Source of the DNA: an uncultured delta proteobacterium
GTDB lineage: Bacteria > Myxococcota_A > Polyangia > Fen-1088
Direction: 5' to 3'
DNA: 64,000 nucleotides
Assembly (NCBI GenBank): GCA_963796685.1
Contig: CAWCMR010000025.1
Span: 1,056,001 to 1,120,000, forward strand
Positions 39,955-50,669 of this stretch are shown one piece after another. The position numbers and the translations under genes are program-made. Within the stretch, counting starts at the first letter, position 1. Every line of letters begins with the position of its first letter. Under the pieces are notes generated by a model, which did no database searches, was not told the origin of the DNA, and saw nothing but the letters and a program-made list of their open reading frames with translations.

Positions 39955-40591
39955 ATGAAAGACTATTCACACGTTCAATACGGATGCGGCATGTCCGCGC
40001 CTCCAGGCTGGCGAAACTTCGATGCTTCACCAACGCTTCGTATCGAGAAGGTTCCCGTGATAGGCAGGCTGTTCACGAGGAAGAGGGTCCAATTCCCCAA
40101 GGAGGCGGAGTATGGGGACATTGTCCGCGGCCTTCCGGTACCACCCGGATCGTGTCAGGGGGTCTATTGCTCGCACGTTCTAGAACACTTGGCCCTGAGT
40201 GACTTCAGGGTGGCGTTGCGCAACACGAGCCGAATCCTGAAGAAAGGTGGCACATTCAGGCTAGTGGTGCCGGACCTGGAGTACCTTGCGAGAAAGTATC
40301 TGAACGATCAATCGCCGACTAGCGCGTCGACTTTCATGGAGGAGAGTGGCCTCGGTTGCCAAACCCGAAACCGCAATCTCGCGGGCATTGTGGCGTCCTA
40401 CTGGGGCAATTCCCGGCACCTTTGGATGTGGGATTTCAAGTCAATCCAATCAGGAGCTCACAAACGCGGGTTTCGACCAAATTCGCAAGGCATATCTCAA
40501 CGACTCTGTAGATCCGCGGTTCCTCGAGGTGGAAGACAAGTCGAGGTGGGAAAACTGTCTTGGCGTCGAATGCAACAAGACGAGCTCGTAG
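39955..40591 (+). CDS. Methyltransferase-domain protein (frameshift near 40447)
   Basis: QYGCG..GWRNFD, YCSHVLEHL, LVVPDL, HLWMWD; C-terminus in ORF 40346-40591. Confidence 0.8.
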
Positions 40592-40621
40592 GTGGACCCG
40601 CACCTTGGGTGCTGAGACCCA

Positions 40622-41785
40622 TTACTTGGTCCAGTGATAGCGCTGGATCTCCTTCTCATAAACTTGGACCATCTGTCTCGCCACAGTCGGCCAGGTGTAT
40701 TTCTGCCGCACGAGCTCCCTCCCGGCCTCGCCCGCCCTAGCACGAGCCTCGGGCGATGTGACAAAGGGCGCGATCGCGTCGGCGAGCTGTCTTGGCCCGT
40801 TGGCGACCCAGGCCCCACAGCCTAGCTCCCCCAGTTCAGCCCAGGGTGTGCCCAAGCTGGCGACCACGGGTGTTCGCACATTGAGCGCTTCGACGACCAC
40901 GTTGCTAAAGTTCTCCGAGTGTGACGCCACCACCAGAACGCTACAACGGGCATAGAAGCGTAGCTTGTCCTTCCCGTACAGAGGTCCGCACAACTCGAAG
41001 GAGTCAGCCAGCCCCAATCGATTTGCCTGGGCCAGCAGCGAATCACGATAGGCGAGATCTTGAAAGGGGCCAACGAATTGCAGACGTGCTGTCACGCCCT
41101 CTCGCCGAAGTAGATGCAGAGCCTCGATCACACAGTCGACGGCCTTGATGGGATGAAGCCGACCGAGCATGCCGATGATGGGGGGATCGCTCGGGCTTTG
41201 GCCACGAAGCTCGCCAACCTCGGTATCGGTCAGGGGCTCGGTTCCGTTAGGGATGATGACCAGACCACGGTTCGTCCCAAAGGTGTCTTGGATCGCACAC
41301 GCTTCGTGCTGGGCGGTCGCGTGAAAAACCCTAACCTCATCGTATAGGCATGAGAATAGCTGCAGCCAAGCCTGCTTCCTGCCTTGCCTGGTCTGCATGG
41401 CCACGGGCTGGAGAGCACCCCGCACGGAATAGACGATGGGTCTTCCGGCCGCCCGCGCTGCCAGCAACCCAAACACAGAAGGCACACAGAAGACCGTGTT
41501 TATGTGAACCAGATCCGCCCAGCGAGAGGAGTCGACGGCCTCGGGCAGGAGCGAGGGTGCAATGTCTGGCGCGCACCAACGGGGCATGTAGCGAGTCGGC
41601 ACGCCGTTGCGGATGGTCCAGCCGCGGGGGACATCGAGCGTGCGATCCCAATTCGCGTTCGTGGTGACCACCCTCTGCTCGATGCCCAGGTCCGACAGCG
41701 CGGCAACCAGACGTTCGACGCTTTGTATGGGCCCGCCGTAGCCGTAGGCCGGAGCGTACGAAGGTGTCACATGCAGCACTCGCAT
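40622..41785 (-). CDS. GT4 glycosyltransferase
   Basis: MRVLHV..YGGP, GRLHPIK, SENFSNVVVEAL. Confidence 0.9.
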   Translation of the reverse strand: MRVLHVTPSYAPAYGYGGPIQSVERLVAALSDLGIEQRVVTTNANWDRTLDVPRGWTIRNGVPTRYMPRWCAPDIAPSLLPEAVDSSRWADLVHINTVFCVPSVFGLLAARAAGRPIVYSVRGALQPVAMQTRQGRKQAWLQLFSCLYDEVRVFHATAQHEACAIQDTFGTNRGLVIIPNGTEPLTDTEVGELRGQSPSDPPIIGMLGRLHPIKAVDCVIEALHLLRREGVTARLQFVGPFQDLAYRDSLLAQANRLGLADSFELCGPLYGKDKLRFYARCSVLVVASHSENFSNVVVEALNVRTPVVASLGTPWAELGELGCGAWVANGPRQLADAIAPFVTSPEARARAGEAGRELVRQKYTWPTVARQMVQVYEKEIQRYHWTK

Positions 41786-41792
41786 CCTGGTC

Positions 41793-42776
41793 CTAGTCCG
41801 GCGTAGAAGGTCCACTCTTGGCGATGTCCTGCATTTCCTGTTGCTTGGCCACGGACACGAGCTCGTACCAGGCCAGCAGACTGCACATCACGAATCCGGG
41901 ATAGCCGTCCATGAACCCGCGCTCGACCAGATAGCTGTAGACAAAGCGCAGCCCCGGACGTCCCGGCAGCTTTCGGCTCATGCTTTTGAGCCATCGGCGA
42001 CGTTCGATCGCAGAACCGAACAGGTTGGGTTTGACCTCCCCAGCGTCGGCGGCCAGGGCAGCATGAGCCTCCCATGTGCTATAGCGATTGTGCTTCTCGA
42101 TCCAGGTCGCAAGATCAGGGTAGGCATAGTGCAGGAATTCGTGTTTGAGATGGCCGCAGCGCCCGGTCGAGACCTTCACGTGTTCGTGGACCTCGTTGTC
42201 GCCAGACCCCGTGTCGCCGAGATTCCCGATGCGCTCGTAGCGGCCGAGGGCGTGCTTGAAAAGACGCATATTCCACGATGGGTAGTAGCCGCAGCCCTTG
42301 ATCCAGCGCCCCATGAACATGAAGCGCCGGTTGATCCAGTAACCGTCGTTCGTGCCGGGCGATGCCGCGTTCGGGTCGCCCGAGCGCCCCGAGACGACAG
42401 CCTCTATCTCGCGGGCCAACTCGGGCGTCATGTGCTCGTCGGCATCCATGATGAGTACCCATTCATTCTTCCAGGAGACGCTTTCGAGTGCCCAGTTCTT
42501 TTTCTTCGGCCATCCCTCACTGGAGTAGTCGAACTGATGGATCTGGGCACTGAAAGCCTGCGCGATGGAGACGGTCGCGTCAGTAGAGTGGCTGTCCACG
42601 ACCACGATTTCGTTCGCCCAGGTGAGACGACGCAGGCATGCGGGGAGATTCCGCTCCTCGTTCTTGACCGGAACAAGCACCGACAATGCCACTGAATGAG
42701 GCGCAGGCCAATCGCCTGGGGGCATCTCGGAGTTGACGGACTTGGTATGGGTGGAAGGTTCTGGATGGTGCTGCAC
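41793..42776 (-). CDS. GT2 glycosyltransferase
   Basis: PVKNEE, VVDSHSTD, MDADE, EVHEH, KHNRYS. Confidence 0.9.
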   Translation of the reverse strand: MQHHPEPSTHTKSVNSEMPPGDWPAPHSVALSVLVPVKNEERNLPACLRRLTWANEIVVVDSHSTDATVSIAQAFSAQIHQFDYSSEGWPKKKNWALESVSWKNEWVLIMDADEHMTPELAREIEAVVSGRSGDPNAASPGTNDGYWINRRFMFMGRWIKGCGYYPSWNMRLFKHALGRYERIGNLGDTGSGDNEVHEHVKVSTGRCGHLKHEFLHYAYPDLATWIEKHNRYSTWEAHAALAADAGEVKPNLFGSAIERRRWLKSMSRKLPGRPGLRFVYSYLVERGFMDGYPGFVMCSLLAWYELVSVAKQQEMQDIAKSGPSTPD

Positions 42777-42862
42777 GACGGTTGTCTCAACATATCACCG
42801 CGGGAACCCCAATGCCCACGCCAACCCCAGGGGCACCGTGAGAGTGGCACGGAGGAACCAGG

Positions 42863-44092
42863 TCACGCCGGCGCCGCAGCAAACAATCTTGCGAGCCCAC
42901 CCTCCCACTCCATCAGCGCCTGCGAACGCTGAAAGCGAGCGCTCCACAGATCGTGGGCGCGTTTGCCCATGTTGGCGACTTGGTCTGGGTGGCCAGCCAT
43001 CTGGCGAATCTCCGCCGCCAGTTCGGCAAATGCCCCAACCGCAAACGCCCGTCCGCAGTCGGCTTCGTCGAGCCGCTTGGCCATCTCGGACTTGGGATCC
43101 CCGATGAAAAGGACCGGTCGGCCAGCGGCCAGCGCCGAATAGAACTTGCTCGGGACGATCAATCCTTCAAGCTCGGGCTTCAAAGACACCAGGTGCACGT
43201 CGGGCACGGCCAAGCTTAGCGCCAACCGATCGAGGGGCTGGTAAGGCTGGAACGTGACGTTGCTCAGACCCAGCGCGGCCACGCGCGTTTCCACCCACGC
43301 GCGTTGGGCCCCGGCGCCGACGAACAGGAAGTGGACATCAGGCTGGTCGCGCAGCAAGGCCGCGGCATCCAGCACCGTGGCGAAGTCGTGGGAGCGACCG
43401 AAGTTGCCCGAGTAGCCCACCACGAGCTTGCGGCCGAGATTCCATTCCGCGCGCAACGGGTTTGCGACAGGCGACCCCATGGATGAGGCGGTTTCGGCCG
43501 GCGACCAGTTGTGGATGACTTCGATCTTCTCGGCCGCGATCCCCTCGGCGCGCAGGCGCGCGGCCATGCCTTCGCTGAGCACGACATTGGTGCGCGCGTG
43601 CTTGAGCGAGAGGTTGCGCAGGCGACGCAGCACCGGCGAGACAAGCGCGATGCCGGGAACCTTCAGGCTTTCCGCGATCTCGGGAAAGAGATCCTGCGTC
43701 CAGTTCACCAGGGTGGATCGCTTCAGCCATGTCACAAGAGCGCAGGGCACTGACAGCAGCGGTGGATCGGTTTCCGCGATGACCACCGTGCCGGAATCCG
43801 CGAGGGCCGCGAGCTTCGCGGTCGCGCTCAGGTAGAAGGTCAGGTAGTCGATGGCCCGCGGCACGAGCCGGCCGCGTCCGAAATGTGTGGTCCATACCCG
43901 GTACACGCGCACGCCGCGCACGGTCTCGCGTGCGGGCAAGAGCTGCGAGGAATTGTCGTAGAGCTGCCGGCTGGTGAGGACTTGGACGTCGAACCCTGCC
44001 TCGGCGAGATGGAAGGCGAGATCGCTCAGGATCTGGCTGGTTGCCGAATGATCGGGGTGGAAGAAGCGATTGACGAAAATCAGGCGAGGCAT
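42863..44092 (-). CDS. GT4 glycosyltransferase (WbuB/WcaI-like)
   Basis: NRFFHPD, TDPP, QDLFPE, YSGNFGRSH, VPSKFY. Confidence 0.9.
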   Translation of the reverse strand: MPRLIFVNRFFHPDHSATSQILSDLAFHLAEAGFDVQVLTSRQLYDNSSQLLPARETVRGVRVYRVWTTHFGRGRLVPRAIDYLTFYLSATAKLAALADSGTVVIAETDPPLLSVPCALVTWLKRSTLVNWTQDLFPEIAESLKVPGIALVSPVLRRLRNLSLKHARTNVVLSEGMAARLRAEGIAAEKIEVIHNWSPAETASSMGSPVANPLRAEWNLGRKLVVGYSGNFGRSHDFATVLDAAALLRDQPDVHFLFVGAGAQRAWVETRVAALGLSNVTFQPYQPLDRLALSLAVPDVHLVSLKPELEGLIVPSKFYSALAAGRPVLFIGDPKSEMAKRLDEADCGRAFAVGAFAELAAEIRQMAGHPDQVANMGKRAHDLWSARFQRSQALMEWEGGLARLFAAAPA

Positions 44093-44197
44093 CGATCAGC
44101 TACCCCGCGACGATGGCCAGCCGTGGCTTTGGGCTGCCTTGTACCGGGCTACTCCCTGAGGGCAGTTGTTCGAACATGGCCGCAGCACACCTGTCTA

Positions 44198-47100
44198 TCA
44201 GACGAGCTCGCAGAGCGACTCGATGAAGCTCCGCGAGCCGTCGCGATCCCACCCGTCAAGTTGGGCGACTTCCTTGAGCTGCTGCCCGCGCTGGCGTGGA
44301 ACCAGGAAGAACTCGGTGGTGGCCTCGGGCAGCGATGTCATGTCACCCCAAAGCTTCTCGAACTGGGTGACCGGGAATATGTCCTCCTGCGCGTGACCCC
44401 AGCGCCGCTTGACTTCCTTGATGGTGATGTAGGTCGGCAGCCGGGCGGCGAGCGTGCGCACGGCTTCGAGCACGGTCTGTGGATCATTCAGGGTGTGGCG
44501 GGAGAGCCCAAACAAGGCCAGCAGGGGATCCAGGGAGATCCAGGTCGTAAGCGAGTTGTAATAGGTCAGCTTGGATTCGTCCTCCTCGCGCGGCAGTGCC
44601 AGGCCCTCGACAATCCGCAGGCGGTCAGCCACGCGCGCCAGGCCCCCGCCACGGTCGTCGAAGTGGCGCGCCGTGACCTCGAAGCTGAGCGCGACCCCGC
44701 TGGTGATGTGACGCCCGAGCCAGCGTGCATCCAGGCTGGCCCCCAGGGTATCGATATTGTGCAGCAACAGGTATTTCAGCTGAGGACGCTTGGCAAGCAA
44801 GTCTCTGAGGGTGCCATTGAGCAGAAGGTTGGGAATCTCATACCAGTGTCCGACAGGATGAACGCATTGTGCTGGCAAGTTCCCGCGATAGTCGCTTGCC
44901 TCGCCGGAGCTGGTCGCCCAGTCCAGCAGCGCATTGCGTGCGCTGTCGCGGACCTTCTGCTTTCGCGGTTCAAGTTGCTGCTGTTGCATATGCTCCCAGG
45001 CGAATTGCAGATCGACCACGGTCGGGATGAATCGAAGACCGATCGAGCGCCCGGGCGAAAGCAGCAACTCCCCGGGAAACCCATAGCGCTTCTCGCGCTC
45101 GAGCAGGTCCGTGACCGCCGAGTCGGTCAGGTGGCTGGTGGTGAACACGTGGGGCGGGATGCAACCGAAGATCGAGCCCGTGCGCCGCGTTTTGGCCAGG
45201 TGAACCTCGACAAAAGTTCGGAAGCGCCCCGCCAGCCGCGCGAATGGATGCGCGGCCTTCACGGTGCCCGCGCCCTGGGTCCAGCGGCTTCCCGCGCCGG
45301 CCGCGAGGGTGACCACCGCAACCTCGCCGCGCGCGATGGCTGCTTCGCCGGCGTGCTCGGCCGCGCTACCGATGTCGCTGCCGCGCACGACGTCCCCCGG
45401 CTGGACGTCCTCTATCAGCACATCAGCCGGCAGTCGGTTCTTGGCAAGACCTATGCGCCCTGCCTTGAGATCGGCGCGAATTCTCTCGTGCTGCGTCCGA
45501 TCGAATCCGCAGCGTTGCAACAACTCATCCAAGGACTCGGCATGGGATGCCAACTCGCCCCCGCTTGGTGGAAAGAGACGCTTTACCAGGGCCTGGCCGA
45601 CCTTGTCGGCATGCACGCCGCCCAGGTCACGGCGGGAGAAGGCATCGACCTCTTGACGACGCGCCTCGGAGAACAGGCGCGACCCCTGGTGCAGCCAGCG
45701 CGGCAGCATGTACAGGTAATAGTCCGAGGAGAGTATTGCGCTCGGACCACGCCGCAGCTCGCCGCATGTGCCCGTATCATTGATGGAAAATCGATAGACG
45801 ACCGGATCCATCGCAAAGGGCAGGCCCGACTCCAGACGTCGCTTCTCGCTATGCATGGTCTCGAGCATCCGCGCTTCGGCTTCGCGCTTCACCTTGGGAT
45901 CGAACACGAAACCCATACCGCCGCCAGACATGCCGCCCAGCATCCAGAAACCCCAGAAACGGTCGCCAAACATGGCTTTGGCCTGCTCGATGAGTCGCTC
46001 GGTGTAGTGGTTCGACACCCAGGGGATGATGCTCTGGAGCGGACCCTGGAAGTTCCGCGTGGTCAGACCGCCGAACGCCTTCAAATCGCCCTTGTGAAGA
46101 ACCTCGATGATGTCGCCGAAGATCTTCAAGAGTTCCTGGCGCGCCTCCCACTCGCGGTTGGTGCCAAGCAGGAACTTCTCGGTCACCATCTCGAGAATCG
46201 GGCCAACGTCGGCGGCCATTCCGCCGTGCACCATGACCAATGAATCGGAAAGCAGGTCGCGCACCCGTGGTTCCACGACGTCGGGGCCGAGCAGGGTGTG
46301 TTTCGGTAGCAAGCGCCCACGGCTGGAACCGTATTCGACATCGCCGGGTGAAGCCGGCACGCCCTCGATGAGCTTGATTCCGGGCCACAAGCCGCCGCTG
46401 TCTTGCCAGCCTCCGCCGGAGCCACCCAGCCACTCGCCGAGAATGGACCGCGCGGCCACGATGCGGCGTTCGGGCTCGGTCAGCGCCCCGGTGAAAGACG
46501 CCACCTGTGCGGTGGCGCGCATGCACACGGAGATCAGCGAGCCGAGCAGGTTGGTCGACACGGCCAGACGGCTGCCTTTGGGAATGGCGTTGACCTGGCT
46601 GACCAGCTCTAGTCCGAGACCCGGACCCATCATCTGCTCGAAGAAGAAGCGACAGGGGTTGCCCCGAGCCCTCGAGGCCGGGTGGCACCAGGCCCGCGGC
46701 GATGACCGCGGCCTTGAGCAGTCCCAGGTAGTCCCGTCCGTAGTCGAATACCTCCGACACCTCGGTCAGCTCGACGGCGGCGCCGAGATCCACACTGACC
46801 AGACGCAGGACCGGCTGATCGATGGCGCGCAGAAAGCAGGTGATGGGGGGAGCGGTCCGATCGTCTCGGCCGTACACCGCGAGGTCGATCGAAACATTCA
46901 GGACGCGCGCGCCCTCGGGATAGTCCATGCCGAGAAAGAAGATGTCGCTCCAGCCGCTGTGGCTGAGATCCATGCGCACCGGCGTGCGCTCGACCAGCAG
47001 CGGGAAGAACCCATCGGCATCCTTGGCCAGAAGCTCGCGGCGCAGCCGCAGCGGTTGGTCCAGCCCGTGGGTGGTGCGGAACATCCATTGATTGCCGGGC

Positions 47101-47543
47101 AGCGAGCGAACGGAGGTTTGCACCTGCTCGGCCAAGTACTGAAAACCGAGCCCGTGGCAGGCAACCGACAGCGCGCTCGCCAGAGGGTCGCAGAGCTGGT
47201 CCGCGTTCGCCGCGGACAAGAACACGCTGACGGCCTCGCGAAAGCGACGCTCGAGCACCAGCCGATACCCCTCGTAAGGAATCCGTCCGGTGCCAGGCAG
47301 CTCTGGCCGCGCAGGCAAGACGAAGCGATAGATGGAATGGAGCTGCAACAAGGCCCGCACCCGCTGGTAGGTATTGGTAGTGGCGGCGTCGGCGAACGCG
47401 TGCAGCGCCTTGGTCGCATCGAGGATCTCCCCGAAGCTGGACTGCGCGCAATAGCGCTCGAGCATCCCGACCTTGGACTCTTGCGACGGATCGGCGATCG
47501 CCGCCACAAGTGGATGGCTTGAAAGGTTGCGCATGGAAATCAT
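44198..47543 (-). CDS. Large fusion: GHMP-type sugar kinase + UDP-sugar pyrophosphorylase domain (frameshift near 46640)
   Basis: PVRMDLSHSGWSD, IPKGSRLAVST, GGGWQD, LGGMSGGG (fucokinase-like), then LAAGAGSRW, PVGH, HNIDTLGA, QFEK (UDPGP-like). Confidence 0.8.
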
Positions 47544-47561
47544 CGGGCCGTTCAGCCTGCC

Positions 47562-48419
47562 TCAGACGCGCTGGGCCTCGGCTACTTCTTCCAGGATCAA
47601 TCGCAGGATCTCATCTCGGTGGGGACCGTGCATGGCCAGCGCCAATTGCGCGCGCAGGAGCCCGAACCTGCCCTCCAGATCCACGCGGTGGCCATGCACC
47701 TCGAGCGCCAGGTACTTTTGACGAGCGGCCAAGAGCGCCAGGGACTCCGAAACTCCGAGCGTGGCGCCCGGCGGGAGCGTGCTCTGGCAGTCGCGCAGCT
47801 GATCGAAGATGGCCGGCGTCAGCGCGTGCACGCCAAAGAAGGCGAGGTACTTTCCCCGGCGCACCCCGGGCACCACACAATGCTCCTCGGCCACCGTGGG
47901 CGTCGGCTTTTCGAGCACCTTGCTTACCTCGTAGAGGTCGTCGCTGCCCTTCACCCGCCGACCCCCGACCACGCCGAAATAGGGAAGCTCGCTCTCGTTG
48001 GTCGCTTGAACCCCCGATACCGAGCAGTTTTCGCGCACGGCGATCTCGAGCAATTGGCGGGTAGAGGAGGGGTTCGGATAGGTGACGAAGATGTGGTCGC
48101 AAACCTGCGTGACGAATGGCTCGTGCCCAACCCAGCTTTCCGCGCACAGGATGGCGTGGCCGAATCCCAGGGGCTCGGGCTGTTCGATCAGCACGATCGA
48201 AGAGCCGAATCTCGCCAGCAACTGGGCGACCAAGCTGGCTGCCCCGGGCATGGTCACGAGCGCCACCTGCTCGATTCCCGCGCCCAGCAGCTCTTCGATG
48301 TGAAGCTCGACCACGTGCTGCGTGCGGCCGCTGCCGGTGGTAATGAGCTGAAGAGGCAGATCGCGGTGCGATGCACCGGCCATGGGGATGACTGCTTTGG
48401 TAAACGTCGTTCGTGACAA
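47562..48419 (-). CDS. Sugar-phosphate nucleotidyltransferase (GalU-like, degenerate signature)
   Basis: KAVIPMAG, QPEPLGFGHAI, VLEKP; the usual GTR..K is replaced by ASHRDLP. Confidence 0.8.
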   Translation of the reverse strand: MSRTTFTKAVIPMAGASHRDLPLQLITTGSGRTQHVVELHIEELLGAGIEQVALVTMPGAASLVAQLLARFGSSIVLIEQPEPLGFGHAILCAESWVGHEPFVTQVCDHIFVTYPNPSSTRQLLEIAVRENCSVSGVQATNESELPYFGVVGGRRVKGSDDLYEVSKVLEKPTPTVAEEHCVVPGVRRGKYLAFFGVHALTPAIFDQLRDCQSTLPPGATLGVSESLALLAARQKYLALEVHGHRVDLEGRFGLLRAQLALAMHGPHRDEILRLILEEVAEAQRV

Positions 48420-48600
48420 GGCTCTGCTCCGCGGTTCGTACCGCCGACGCGGCGCGAGCTTACTACAGGAGCCCCCCTACGGGATGATCTTCCGGAAAGA
48501 AGGACCACGTCATCTGCATTGTGGCTTCAACGAAAAGCGTCCTACGCTGGCCTTCTCGGCACGGGGTCGTGGCGCGCGGCTCGTCCGTGTAGTCGGGGCG

Positions 48601-48626
48601 GAACTGTCCGGGCGCCCGGACAGTTC
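48601..48626. repeat. Perfect 26-bp palindrome
   Basis: gaactgtccgggc|gcccggacagttc. Confidence 0.9.
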
Positions 48627-48913
48627 GAGTGCCGTCGAATCGACGTATGGGACGTGCTTGACCGTCACGTTGTACAGGGTCAAGACCAAGTACCGGATGG
48701 CCGCTAGAAAGTCATGCCGTGCACCCGGGTGCTGGCGCTGGGGGGCCAAGGAGAATCCGACTTCTTGGGCGCCGAGCTTGAGGGTCGCGGCAACCTTCGC
48801 GCGAATCCACCTCCCAGGTGGTGGGAGGGCCGTCCCTACCGGGGCGTAGGTTGCGCGTTTGGTGCGTCCTGGTAGGCTAGACGCAGAGGCAGGCGGACAA
48901 GGCAAGGAGCGAG

Positions 48914-49129
48914 ATGATGGCTAGCGACAAAGCCGAGAAGATACGAGGGCTCGAACGGGAGCTCTATCTCCAAAAGAGCGGGTGCGCTTCTCGTGAGATG
49001 GACGTGCCACGCATCCTTCCGGCCGGTTCGGCTGACCTGGCGGCATGGCGGCAGCTCATTGATGCGATCGGCAAGGCGTCTACCGGCGGGCACGCTGTCG
49101 CTGACGTTCGCGCCGAGAGACGGAGATGA
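48914..49129 (+). CDS. Putative antitoxin
   Basis: Small ORF with AGGAG RBS overlapping the PIN start; ends AVADVRAERRR like VapB tails. Confidence 0.6.
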   Translation: MMASDKAEKIRGLERELYLQKSGCASREMDVPRILPAGSADLAAWRQLIDAIGKASTGGHAVADVRAERRR

Positions 49130-49554
49130 AGCTCGTCGTCGACAGCAACATCTTCATCGGTGGACTGGACCCCAAGGACGCTCTACACCAGGAATGCCTA
49201 CCGGTCGTCGAACGCATCGTGACCGGCGAGATCGAGGCGCTCTGTCCAGTCCTTGTCCTGGCCGAGACCACTTGTGCTTTTCGTCGCCGGACGACGGTCG
49301 ACTTGGCCTTCAACGTCAAGGAGGCACTGGCGCGGCTGCCCTCCATTCTCTGGCTCGATATCAACACGGACGTGGCCGAACGGGCCTGCGTTCTCGGAAT
49401 TCAGACAAGGTTGCGCGGCGCAGACGCGCTGGTGCTGCAGGTAGCGGAGCAGTACGGTGTTCCGCTGGTCACCATGGATCGAGAGATCCACGACAAGGCA
49501 CCCGGCGGCATCTTCGTACTCGAGCCGCGAGACGTTCTGGCACGGCTGTCTTGA
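49126..49554 (+). CDS. VapC/PIN toxin
   Basis: VVDSNIF..E..LRGADAL..LVTMD. Confidence 0.88.
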   Translation: MKLVVDSNIFIGGLDPKDALHQECLPVVERIVTGEIEALCPVLVLAETTCAFRRRTTVDLAFNVKEALARLPSILWLDINTDVAERACVLGIQTRLRGADALVLQVAEQYGVPLVTMDREIHDKAPGGIFVLEPRDVLARLS

Positions 49555-49677
49555 ACCGAGGCAGGTCAACAACGTCGCTACGCGGGGCGAGGGGGCCGTT
49601 CGGAGATCCAACAGTCGAGGCCTTCTGACCCAGTCTAAGTTGGAGGACAATCCCCAGTTGCTCGCCAGGGGAAAGTC

Positions 49678-50127
49678 TTGCATCCTGAATTCGTGAAGGC
49701 TGCTGGCTCTGAGCTCGTGAACAAGCTGGCCGGGGTACTGGCCGGCCGGGCGGAGATCTTGGAAGCTTATCTCTTCGGCTCGCAGGCACGGGGGACGGCG
49801 CAGGCCCACAGCGACGTCGACGTGGCAGTGTACGTCGACCCCGCGACCGACATGGACCGAGGATTCGGGATAGATGCAGAGATTTCGGCCGACCTGATGA
49901 GTGTCCTCGGCCGCAACGATGTCGACGTCGTGATGCTCAACCGCGCCGATCCTGTGCTGTACCACAGGGTTCTTCGCGATGGTGTCCGCCTACTCGTTCG
50001 GGATCCGAAAGGCACCGCTGGCCGCGAGGGGTACGCCCTGTCTCGCTACTTCGACTTCTTGCCACAGCTCGAAAAGATTCGCGTAGCCACGGACGGCCGG
50101 GCGGCGCGAGGACAGTTCGGCCGATGA
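49678..50127 (+). CDS. mntA: Type VII TA MNT adenylyltransferase antitoxin
   Basis: YLFGSQARG....SDVDVAV (GSx10DxD). Confidence 0.87.
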   Translation: MHPEFVKAAGSELVNKLAGVLAGRAEILEAYLFGSQARGTAQAHSDVDVAVYVDPATDMDRGFGIDAEISADLMSVLGRNDVDVVMLNRADPVLYHRVLRDGVRLLVRDPKGTAGREGYALSRYFDFLPQLEKIRVATDGRAARGQFGR

Positions 50128-50555
50128 CGCCAGCGCGGCGAGACGAGCAGCTCGTCAGGAGGCACTTGGAAGCGTTGGACGGCGCTCTCGCCCAGCTCCG
50201 CCGGCACGCGGGCCATCCGCTTGCTCTGCTCAACACCAGCCTCGACGAGCAATGGGCAGTCGAACGCGGCCTGCAGGTTTGCGCCCAAAATTGCATAGAC
50301 ATCGCCACCCACCTCGCGGCCAGCGCGGGTCATAGCCCGACCGACTACGCTTCGGCAATCGACTCCTTGGTTCCCATGAAGATCCTCGATCCGGCTTTCT
50401 CCGCCCGATTCCGCACAGTCGCCGGCTTCCGCAATCTCCTCGTTCACGGCTACCTCGAAGTCGATCTGTCCCGCCTACACAGACTGCTGAATGAGCGCCT
50501 GGAGGATTTCGCCGAGTTCGCCGCGCGCATTCGCGATGCCCTGCGTGAAGAGTAG
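50124..50555 (+). CDS. hepT: Type VII TA HEPN (DUF86) RNase toxin
   Basis: GFRNLLVHGY (Rx4HxY); overlaps mntA. Confidence 0.88.
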   Translation: MTPARRDEQLVRRHLEALDGALAQLRRHAGHPLALLNTSLDEQWAVERGLQVCAQNCIDIATHLAASAGHSPTDYASAIDSLVPMKILDPAFSARFRTVAGFRNLLVHGYLEVDLSRLHRLLNERLEDFAEFAARIRDALREE

Positions 50556-50669
50556 CCGTGAGCGGGCGATGGGCAGCCACGTCCCCGCGACCGGCGGCGT
50601 CAGCGTCGGCTCGCCGCGCCCCTTGGAGCCATCTTCTTTGCGGTGATGTGCAGCTAGGAAACTGTTCGG

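Noticed and set aside
43883-47522. Long plus-strand ORFs (786 aa and 471 aa)
   Set aside because: Antisense shadows of the kinase-pyrophosphorylase gene in GC-rich DNA.
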